Origin: Chromera velia
Taxonomy: Eukaryota
Reading direction: 5' to 3'
DNA length: 57,506 nucleotides
NCBI GenBank assembly: GCA_018398765.1
Contig: JAHBMJ010000070.1
Coordinates: forward strand, 1 to 57,506
Below, one piece after another: positions 38,625 through 48,943 of the stretch. Positions within the stretch are counted from its first letter, which is position 1, and each line of letters begins with the position of its first letter. The position numbers were made by a program, and so were the translations under genes. The notes below the pieces were generated by a model. It worked only from the letters and a program-made list of their open reading frames with translations, did no database searches and had not been told where the DNA came from.

Positions 38625-39086
38625 TTCTCTGTGCGTGGGTGCTTGCGGTGTGTTCATGTGTTCGTGCGATGATATGTATGCAGGCATCGTTCCTTGGCAG
38701 ATCGATGCTCCGGGTTGCCGTGACGTGCGACCAGATGGTCTCTGCGCAGTGGCTTCTCTCTCGTGCCCCCTCGTTGGTGAGTCAGGTCTGTCGGGAGGAC
38801 AGGAAGACCCCCGTGGACGCGGCGATTCTTTCGGGCCAATCCCAGATGGTCTTCTTGCTAGAGTTGCACATGCATCTCTCATGCGCAGCTAGCTGCCTTT
38901 GAAGACTGCTGAAGAGTCGTTTTGGAAAGACGTGGTTTTGGGGAGTGAGGATGAAGAGGTAGGGGGGAGAAGCGAANGGGGGGGAAGGACAAGGAGGAAG
39001 AGACAAAGAAAAAGAACTGCGAGCGATTGAGAGCGATCCGGATACGGGAAGCAAAGAACGTCAAAGTTCGTTCTCGATGGTCTTGA
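37265..39086 (+). pseudogene. RING (C3HC4) finger plus ankyrin-repeat protein with in-frame stops
   Basis: RING CGIC..VTLECNGRHTFCSVC..CPMC. The frame continues past TAG 38090-38092 (DKADTLGSCLFAVSV...FGVDPST) and splices 38201-38683 into ankyrin-like ASFLGRSMLRVAV..AQWLLSRAP..KTPVDAAILSGQSQMVFLL. Further stops are TGA 38900-38902 and TAG 38960-38962. Confidence 0.65.
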
Positions 39087-39479
39087 AGGAAGACTTCCCC
39101 CCCCTCTCTGCTTGCACCTAACTGTCCTGTAGGGGGGGAAATTGAGAAGAAGCAAGATTTTTTCTTCCGGATAAAGAGGGAGAGCGACTTCTTCCCTTTC
39201 TTCCTCCCTGCCTTCTGGGGGGAACGCTTTTGGTTTCGTTTCTTAGCATCGCGCTTTGTCTCTTGTCCTGCTTTCTGTGTTGTCTTCGCACCCCCCCTTG
39301 TGTTCTGTCGATCATTTCTACGGCTCGCTTCTTGTCTGGATTTGTTTGGCCAGAATGATAAACAAAAACTTACATTGATCACGTCGCGGGTCTCGCTTGA
39401 GTCTACTTGGTCCAACCCACGCAATGGTCCACTGCAGCACATATCGTTCATTCAACAGAAAACAGATTCAACAGCGCCG

Positions 39480-40160
39480 AGTTATCTCTTTCTCCCTTCC
39501 CTCCCCTGGGACCTTCTTCCTTTGCGTTTGCCTTTTTGGCTCTTCCTTCTGTCCTGCTGTCCAACCGTTGTTTTATTTTTCTGTACATCGATCTCCGTTC
39601 TTTCTTTATCAAAGACAGGATATTCCATCACGAGAAGCACTTCATCTTCGACTATCTGAATCCCTAACCATCCTTCACAGAACTGGCACGTCCTCTTTTC
39701 TAATTGTATCTTTTTCTCCCCTCTTGCCAGAATTTTCCCCCGTGTCGCAGCAACGCAGCCAAGCCTAGAGCCAAACAGCTGTCCCCCAGTCTGCACGCCG
39801 CTCTTCTTTTGTGTTCCGACCTGGGCGCTACTCTCGTGTAACAGAAAGGGCCTTCAAAGGGGCCTTTCCTATTCTTTGTCTATCTATTCGCATTTTTGTG
39901 CCCGCCTTCCTGCCAGTTCTGTCTTTGAAGAAAGATCGAGAGATGGAGACAATTTCCATTTGAGAACTGTCTGTGCACATCGTCCTGCCAGCCCCGTCTT
40001 TTCGTTTGAATCGTTTCTGCTCCTTTCTTCTAGTTTTTTATTTCTCTCTATTCTTTCTCCGAATGCATCTTTCTTCTTCTCGCGATCGTCTAACTCGTTT
40101 TTTGTTATCTTCCGCAGCCATCTTTCCATCCAGTCGACTCTTTCCGGAACTACTCTCGTA
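39480..40160 (-). mobile_element. Decayed 3' fragment of a LINE ORF2
   Basis: RLGC...EKRTCQFC...IVEDEVLLVMEYPVFDKER resembles the R-x-C-xx-C...EDE-x-H-xxx-C-P C-terminal knuckle of non-LTR RTs. Several stops. Confidence 0.55.
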
Positions 40161-41201
40161 AGCGGGGCCAGAGTCCTATATATGTGTGTAAGCGCCCCCT
40201 GCAGACAGGACTCCTCTAGGGACTCCTGCTGCCAGTGTGGGTTACTACAATTCCATGGTTGAGATTGGTACTATCATAACAAATATAAATATCACACATT
40301 AAAATTTAATTATGTTTTGGCTCGTATTAGCAGCATGATTAGCTACTATAACACCGATAACCGTTATTTGGGGGTCAAATACCGAATTTATAGGTATATT
40401 GATTAATTGATTGATTGATAAGTTCCATATATAAGCTGGGGTATAAGGTATTTATTTAGGTATTTGTAATTAACTCTCAAGGAGTTCAGGGAATCGTTCA
40501 GGGTCAACGATCTAAAATCGGGTATGTGTTACAGAATATGTTGTTCCAGATCGAGAGTTTAGGGAGAGTTCATGAAGCAATTTTATTCGTGTATATATAT
40601 TACGACCAAATCACCTAAATATAGGTAGTGTCCTAGATAGTGTCAGCGACAAACACCCTAGCAAACACCGCAAGTTATTAAACCACAATTAAAGTTTTTT
40701 TTACCCAGTTTTCCTAGGCATGTCACAGTAAAAAAAAGAAAAGAAAAAAAGTCTCTAGAAAAACGAGTTATCTACTTTTTTTTTTTTTTTTTTTTTTTTT
40801 TTGCCTGCAACACTTGTGCACACACCGATGCAATAGCTAAACAACAGTTGTTTTAGACAAAAAAAAAAGAAGAAAAAAAAAGTATCTGACAAAGAGAATT
40901 ATTTACTTTTTTTTTTCTTTGTGATAACCCTAGTAGTTTTCAAGTTATACTAATCATTTCATATTTTAATTTTCATACATAATTGCTTAAATATACTGAA
41001 AACGGTAAGTTTAAATATTATTGCAGAGTACCGCTAGGAGTACCGTTATTTACTAGGTTATATTTAAGTCATAACCGGTATGCGGTATTCAACAACTCTA
41101 TTACTATGAAAAAATAATATTTTGTAGCCCAATAATGTCATCATCTAAAAGGAGTGCAACTTTGTGCAAGTAAAATTGTTTTTCTAGTTGTCTTTCACAT
41201 T

Positions 41202-44200
41202 TTACCATGCAAACTTAATCACAAAAGCAGGAAGCGTACGGCGAGACTCCCTGACAACAAAAAATCCAGTGGTGTGGTCACTTTTCTTGCAGACACGGGC
41301 TCGGACGAGAAGCATTTTGCTGCCTCCTCTACAATAACTATGGGAAGTGTTCGGGTCGCATCCCAAATAAACGCCCCTCCCATGTGCATCTCCACTCGAA
41401 ATCCGCACACCGTCTTCCCCCCCCGCTTTGAGACCGTTCTCTGCGATGCTCATCATGTTCTGTTCCGGCGTGCCGTGCACACAGATGTGCTCTTCAAGGC
41501 GACAGCCGCACTTCTGTTCGTGCGCCTTGCTTGCCGCCTCGAACTCCTTCAAAAGCTGAGGGTTGTTCACCACCTCCACTCCCTGGACCTTCCATGTGGA
41601 GTGGGCCCTTAGGCGAAGAAAACCTGCCTCCGCAATGCACCACTGCTGGGCGTTCCGTTCCAGTCAGGCACGCTCAGCGCGGAGGGAGGAGGTCGGGTCA
41701 GGTCAACCAGCGGCCTCCTGGAGGAAAGAACGCGTGGAGGTGCAACGGCAGCCTGCGTAGAGGTGTCAAAGCGCACAACGAATTTGGGGAGGGCGAGGGC
41801 CTCATCGTAGATGATCAACTCGTCGTTCCGCACCCCCCCGTGCCGAGTCGTCTCTCTAGGGGCCATGACAGAATCAAATCCTGCCATTTGCATCTTCGAA
41901 AGATCCACATCGAACCATCTTCCCTGACTGTTCTTCTTGACGGCATCACTCAATGACTTCGGCATCTTCGTGTTGAAGCCCGCACTCAAATTCAGAACGC
42001 GACCCTTCACGACCTCACAGACGATCAGAAGACCGCTGCCCTTCGTGTACAGTCGCTGCGCGGACTTCGTGGAGTTTCTCGCGAAGTACACACCCTGCCC
42101 GAACATGTTTGTGTCCTTCCTCTCAGGCAGCCGGAAACCAGTCTTGCAAATGGCATCCGTCGCCTCGGCAGTGGTCCCATGAAAGAGCAACTCTGGGTCG
42201 AGCTGGTGGGGTCGTGTGTGTCTGCATTCACGCAGCCGTCTCTTCGCTTCGTGAAACCGTTTGGTTAGGGATGCGTTGACGACGACTTCGATGTCCACTA
42301 CGACGAGGGCACCGTGGTGCGCTTGCAGCGCGGAGTGCTCGGTGAGGTCCTTGATTCGGAGGTACTGGTCGCCCCAGTCGGGGTCCTCGTGGGTGATGCG
42401 GCGTCTGACTATGTTAGTGCGCTCGAGCTTCCGGAGTTCTTGCTGGCCCTCTTCGTGAATCATGCGGAGGACATCTCTGTTCATCTCCTCCAACTTCCTT
42501 TCCTCTACCTCTCGGAGCCTCTCACACTGACGGCACTTGTCGGGGTCCAGACAGGGGTCTGAACACTTCTGCGTGCACGGGTGACTGTATGCACACGCAA
42601 GGGGGCGGTTGCAGATGGAGTGACAAACGACACGGTCCACCTGCTGATTGCAGTGCTTCTTCAACTCCTTGTGGGAGGGGTCGCGGGGGCAGGGGATGAG
42701 CTGCTCTACAGAGCACTCAGATGCCTCCAAACACCTCTCGCCACAGCGATTCGGACAAACATGACCACAAGAAAGGGTGCGCAGACAGGGTCTCTGACAG
42801 TCGAGCGGTTCATTGCGCAGAGAGCACTGCGTCTTACCGGGACGATGACACTTCTGGCACGTAACGGAGACGGGAAACTTGCATGCACGGCTCCCGTCCT
42901 CTTCCCGCACTCTGCACTGCACAGTCCACTTGTGCTTGTCGGGCTCTATTTCACAAACCATCTGCACACTGTCCGTGCAGAGGTCCGCCTTGTGGAAACT
43001 CTCATTGTCCCCGTGACAGGTCAGACGGCACTCATGCAGACGGCATTCTTTCACACAACCGCACAGCTCTCCGCAGAGAGACAACTCAGCAGACGGGTCT
43101 AAACTGTCGGGGGTGCTGCTGGAGAGCTGTCTCGCTTTTCCCTTGTGCTTGTCACAGGAGAGCTGCAGAGTTGAGGTAGGACTGAGGGAGTTGACAAGAG
43201 CGCCCCATACAGGGGCGGGTCGGAAGGTGGCAGCGTTTCCGACAAACACCACCAGGCTGCGGGCACGGGACTGTGCGACGCACCTTCTGTTTCTTTTGGA
43301 AAGGAACCCGATCCCTTTCTTCTGGTTGTTTCGGGTCATCGACACAATCACAACGTCATCCTCGTCCCCCTGGAACTCGTCAACTGTCACCACATTCACA
43401 CGCCGGTCCTCCCGACGGAGGGGCCCCGGCATGCCTTGCCCCTCGCCCTTGCCCATTCCCCCCTCCTGGGGCCTCTTGTGGGCCCTGTGGGGGTCCACGT
43501 AGACTACTCAGGCAAGCCTGGAGTCACTCCGTGCGAAGTCCTCAACCCTGCGACGGATGAGAATCTTCTGCCCAACATAGGCAGCAAGGATGGTGACTGT
43601 CATACCGCAGTTGCCTGCGATCAGCAGGGCCAAACGCACGCACAGCTCTGCCTCGTTAGAGTTGCTCTTGGAGGTCGACGAAGGCCCCCCTCCTCCTTCA
43701 GACAGGTCCCCTAACTCGGGGTGTGCGTGGTCCCACCAGATGGCGTGTCTGGCACTGGGGGAGGATCTGAGGCAGAAGGGAAGGGGGATCTCGGATACTC
43801 GCGAGTGGTTGTCCCTCAGATGCGGATAAATATCCAAAAGAAGCCGGGAAATCTCCGGATGCATCCTGTTCTGCATGGACAGTTGGCAATTGCCCCTCAA
43901 GCCTGCCTGCAACAGTCTCTCGAACATGGAAACATCAAAGCGGTTGTGAAGGACAAGATCGTAGCTGTTCACAGGCGGTCTCAGCTGTTCGTGGTCGCCT
44001 ATGAGAATGAGGTGTTTGACGGAAGGGGGGAGCGCTGCTCTAAGGGCGGGCTCGCTGATTTCTGCTGCCTCTTCGACGATGCAGACGGTGGGCTGGAGCT
44101 CTCTGAGCAGATCCATCTGGATGCATGCGTTGGTGATCGTCATCGCAACAACGCGGGCATGGGTCTTCAATGCGTCTGCATCTGAACGGCACTGGGCACC

Positions 44201-47200
44201 TCTTAGCTGGCGCTGGACGCTCAGGAGCGTGCGTGAGTGCTCTCGGAGGTGTTTGATTTGGGGAGAAATCCTGCGGAGGATCAGACCGAGAGCCAGCGGC
44301 TATGCGTCAGTGAGGGGGTCGAGAGCCTCTAGCTCGGCATCGCTCTGAGAGGATGACGCAGAAAGGGGCAGGGAGGGAATGAAACGATTGTTTTGGGACT
44401 CCAACTGGAGGGCAAAATGGAGGAGACGGGTGGGAGAGAAGTCAATGGGGAAGAACTTGCTTCTCTCTTCATCGTCCTTCTTTCCATCCTTTCCCTTCTT
44501 CCCTCCCCTATCCCCCCCTGTCCAAAGAAGATTCTCTAGTTCTCTCCTCTCCCGCGTCTCCTCTATCACCGCCTCCTCATCCTCCTCTATCTCCCCCCCC
44601 TCCTCCCCCTCGTCTGATGACCCGTCCTCCTCCACATGTCCCTTCTCAGAACCTCTCCCTTGAGCCCCCCCTGTGTGTTGCTGCGTCTTCTGTGACGGAC
44701 CACTCGAGACTTTCTCGCCCGCTTTCTTCCACACCGCAACCCTGCCTCCAGTCCCCCCCAAAGCAACAGAGGTCGAATTGGAGGGAGAGGGCACAGGCAA
44801 AACAGCAGGCACCCACGTGGACCGCGTGGGACCAGAGGAGGACAAGGAGGAAGTGGAGGGTCCTTCCTGGACGACTCTCTCTGTGTGGCTGGCTGCTTTG
44901 GGGTTCTTCGAGGATTGTTGGGTTTGGGGAAGAGGCTTGTGAGGCGGAAACGGGTCGGTACGGAGCGAATCGGGTGCGCGCTCATTTTTGAGGTGGGAAG
45001 ACTTCCACCCCTCTACCGCGAGAGCGAGAAGACGCCACTCATCCCTGTCGGAGAAGACCGACGAGATGGCCTTCCCACTTGCCAATCTCCCAATTACAAC
45101 CTTCTTCAAACCCTCCCAGTACCTCCGGTTGTCCTCATCGACAGCCTTGTCCTTCCTTCTCCGCGCAAGCTCGCGCACGTCTGCGAGCGCAACGATTTTC
45201 TGTACGGCTTCTACCCCCATCCCATCACGAACATCCTCCGGACCGAGAAGGGAAACCACGAGGTCTGCGGGGGTCTGCCGATGCCCGCTGGTCTGGGAGG
45301 ACAGAGACGGGTCCTGAGAAACGTACAGAAATAGGGGGAGAAAGTAGAAAGTTATTCCTTCTGTTGTCACACTGGAAAAAAACATTGTCATGTCCTGCTC
45401 CTGCCACTTTTGTTGTTTTCAAAGCGCTGTATGCTTTGTGTGCAGACAAACTTCTAATGCAAAAAAGTACTGAGTCTGCAAACGCTTCGATTCGTATTTT
45501 TGTGAGACAAATTAGAGCGTCCCTCTAGGATTCAACGAGGGTCGGTCGGCAGAGAGCAGGCCGGGGAGAAATTGAGGAGTCTGATACTACTGGAACTTCT
45601 TAATCAAACAAGCTGGCTGACCTCTGTGTCGCCATCACCCTTCTTTCTGGCGTTGCCAAACATTCCCTCGAGTGCACTACACAGACGCCGAAGCTCAGTC
45701 TCCAAATCTTTCCTTTTCTCGAAAAGCGATTCTCCCTCTCCCTTTGCCGCCTTCCCCTTCCGCTTCCTCCCCCCCCCCAACAAATCCTCATCCTCCTCCA
45801 TCTGTTGCCGTCTCGAGTCATTCCTGACCCGGAAAGATGCCAACGAACACGCCTCGAGCTCCTCATCCTGACTCCGGCTGCCAAGCCGCGCCACCACAGA
45901 GAAGCCCATCGCCCGACCGCAATGTTTGGAGAACTCATCTAGTGCATGATTCTTGTAGGTCAGCACTAGCACGGGACTCGCACGCCCTCTAGAGAAGGAG
46001 GCTGAACCTCTGAGTCCAAATTGATCTGCTTCAAAGTGCTGGTGTAAAGTGTCCCACAGCATCTCTGCAACCATTGAGCCTACAAATGTCTTTCCCGTCC
46101 CCGGGGGACCCTGCACGAGGGCCAGGCGATGGGACAACGTCGCCATCACCGCTTTCTTCTGCTTCTCGTCAAGAGAGACCTCTTGCTTCATCTGTATGCT
46201 CTTGCGCCTCTCCACCTCCCTCACCCTCTCTTCCAGAGGCACACAGTCGTGCTGGAGATACTCAGGGGGTCCGTTCTCCCCCCGCACCTGCACAATCAAA
46301 TCAGACACCGAGGGACCTCTCAAGGGGCCTGGGGGAGGTTCCACGTCTTCCCCTCCCTTACATCGCTGAAGGGACCGAAGGACTGGCTCCACGCTGTTGT
46401 AGTACACAGGGGACCGGAGGGCACACAGCTCCCTTTTGTCCCCCAAAACTGCAAGCGCACGCAGGCCCGCGTCTGCCGTGCGGCTCTGTTCCCCCGCCCT
46501 CAAATTCCCGCTTTCCCCCCCCGCGTCGATCTGCTGAAGAGACCTAGGCTGTAAATCGAGCACCAGAGCTCCACTCGCCCCTCCCTCCATAACGTCCTCA
46601 ACAGTACAAAAGAGAAGCTCGGAAAATCCGTCTCCCAGACAGAGACAGAGAAGCTCACCAAATTTGACCTGCACCCGTCCCCCCCCCCTCCCCTTTCCCT
46701 TCACCGGGGCCCTCCACGGTCTCAAACTGACGCACAGATTGAAAGGCGATTCGAGGGGCCGAGCCGCGGCACTCACGCGGAGAGTCCGCACGCCCTCAAC
46801 CCGGCAGCGGCAGAGGAATCGCTCCTCAATCCTGCTGGGTGCAGACCCACCCCTCAGCTTCTGCACTAACTGCCTCAATTCACCATGCATGTCCTCTCTC
46901 AACAACTTCGCGTACGTAGAGAAGTACTCTGACGCAGACGCGTACGTGTTTTGGACCACTGGGAGTGCCGTTTTCCCCCCTCCCCCTTTCCCGACCGACG
47001 GGTCGCTTCCCCCTCGAACAAGAAAGTCCAATGCGCAGGGGAGTGCAGGAAGCGAATGCCACGGCATGTGCTGCACGCTCCCCGTGTGGAGCGCCAGCCC
47101 CTCCTCCATTGCATCTGACACAGTCTGTGCAAGTGCCGCAAGAACCCCACCCGCTGGACCCACGGAGAGCGCACGGAACAGCGCAAAGCAGTCGTTCAGC

Positions 47201-48569
47201 CCACGGGGAGTCAACGCAGACCAGCAGCCAAGAAGGGAAATTGCCTTGACAGCACACGAGCTGCTGAGCCCCCTCATTCCTCCCCTTGCAGCGGAGATCA
47301 ACTTCCCACTGCACTGCATCAGGAGTTTCTGCACTACTGCAGCCACAGCCCCGTTCGCATCAGTCAGACCGCACAAAGCCCTGAAGTCTCTCCTCCCCAA
47401 CCGCTGTGAGGCTTCACTGAACTTCCAGAGAAGCTCGAAAGACTCCTCAGTCAATCTCACACTGTCCCCCCTCCCTCCCGATTCCTCCTCTTCCGTTGAC
47501 AAGGCAGAGACGGAATAACGGAGACAGCAGAGAACGAAGGCACACCACGCCGCAGAGTTCCATGCCTTGTCGTCTCCGTGCGAGAGGATGCGCTCCGCCC
47601 CCTTCTTTTCCTCCCACGCCTTTGCCTGCTCGACCATCAGTCTGAACTCATTCACACGCGGCCCCCCACCCAAGTGCCCCCGTCTCCCCTGCCCCCCGGC
47701 TTCGCTCAACGTCATGTGCTGGACAATCACTGTCGGACCCTTTCCGAAGTCTTTCACCACCGCCTTCACAGACACAGAGTCACCCACTCGGAGCATGATG
47801 GGTCCGGTTCGCAGAAGATCTTCCCTTTCTCCATGCGCGGAGGTGCAAGAGAGAAAGGGAATTGAGTCACGAGAACCCTGACCGGTCATCCGCCACCTAC
47901 CCAGCCAGCGAGAAATTTATGTGCTATCGATCGAGATATTTGGATGTTGGAGCTAGCAGTGGGACGAAATGCAGAGAAACGAGGAACGTCAAACAGAGAT
48001 GGGACAGAGGCGGAGACGTGAATGAAGCAAGTCTTGCGTGGAGAACGGGTATACTCGAGCACCCGTCTGCCATGCAGCACCGCGATCAGAATTCGCCCCT
48101 TCTAACTCACTTTTTGGTATGGCCAGCTCCATCGGCAGGGTCGTCGCCTCTTCACAGGTGTTTCTTTGAAGTGTGTCTTCGGATAGACGAAGTCTGATCG
48201 AGTCCCCAACTTCACGCGTGACGGTAGCCAGGCCCTCCAGGCGCCCAAGGACGGGGACAGCCGGATTCGCAGGCCTCTTGTCCTTGCCTTTCATTCTCCC
48301 AGCTCTGAGTTGAGGAGGAAGGTAAAGATACCTCGCAGAACTTCTCTGCCCCTTTACGGAGACGGGAGACGATTTGCACCACAAAGCTTCTCAGATTTGG
48401 TGAGTGCTACAGGATGAAAGTAAACGCCTGCATGCGAGGACACTTCAAAGACGAAGGGAGCCAAGTTCAGCACACTGAGAGACTCGAAATGATCAGCGTA
48501 TTGAACCACGCCGGGCTGTGCAGACCGTCTGTCACCAGCCGAGTCATTTCGGCCTTTTGGGGCGTCCAT
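41202..48569 (-). pseudogene. ZNFX1-like SF1 (Upf1-like) RNA helicase + NF-X1 zinc fingers + two PARP/ADP-ribosyltransferase domains; reading frame disrupted
   Basis: ZNFX1-type motifs YFSTYAKLLREDM and SPVYYNSVEPVLRSLQ. Helicase motifs VQGPPGTGKT, LTYKNHALDEF, IVEEAAEISE, LIGDHEQLRP, SMFERL, QNRMHPEIS, TVDEFQGDE, RRCVAQSRAR. Cys/His fingers (CGHVCPNRCGERC). PARP1 LFHGT..FGQGVYFA..NDELIIY; PARP2 VHGT..AHGRGVYLG..SHSY..TLPAFVIKF. Intron 45621-45314. In-frame TAG 44302-44300 and TGA 43510-43508; frameshift ~41650. 5' exons (47889-48569) unresolved. Confidence 0.85.
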
Positions 48570-48659
48570 TTTGGTCGGTCCCCAAAAAACTGGACCATGC
48601 AGCCGCCAATCCCGGCTATGCCCCGGGGGCCTTTTGGGGCGTCCATTTTGGTCGGTCCC
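48551..48659. repeat. 32-bp perfect direct repeat in the intergenic region
   Basis: GGCCTTTTGGGGCGTCCATTTTGGTCGGTCCC at 48551-48582 and 48628-48659. Confidence 0.9.
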
Positions 48660-48943
48660 GACCAGATTCAGACAGCTATATATAGCATGCAGTCAGCTAG
48701 TACGTGAATTGAGGCAATGATGAGGGATGAAAGAGATGGAGCTGCATCGCAGACATCTGTGCTGCACTGAGAAGAATGTGCAGGCAAAATCGTGTCAACC
48801 ACTCTCGCTAGATCGCAATCCAATTGTGGACCTACTAATACGAGACGCTCCCCATACGCACAGCTACCTTTTTGTACCTGTAGAGAAAACTGACTGACCT
48901 TCGTTGTCTGTTTACAGACCCACATCATCGATCTGCTTCACAG

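Noticed and set aside
37265..47889. Stop-codon reassignment (TAG=Gln, TGA=Trp) or selenocysteine as the explanation for in-frame stops
   Set aside because: Long exons of neighbouring genes (805 and ~800 codons) contain no in-frame stops, and TGA/TAG/TAA all end genes normally. The TGA sites are not at Cys-like catalytic positions, and frameshifts co-occur.
48546..48562. TTTCGGCCTTTTGG resembling the U2 snRNA 5' end
   Set aside because: The match is short and the following U2 sequence (CTAAGATCAAGTGTAGTA) is absent.
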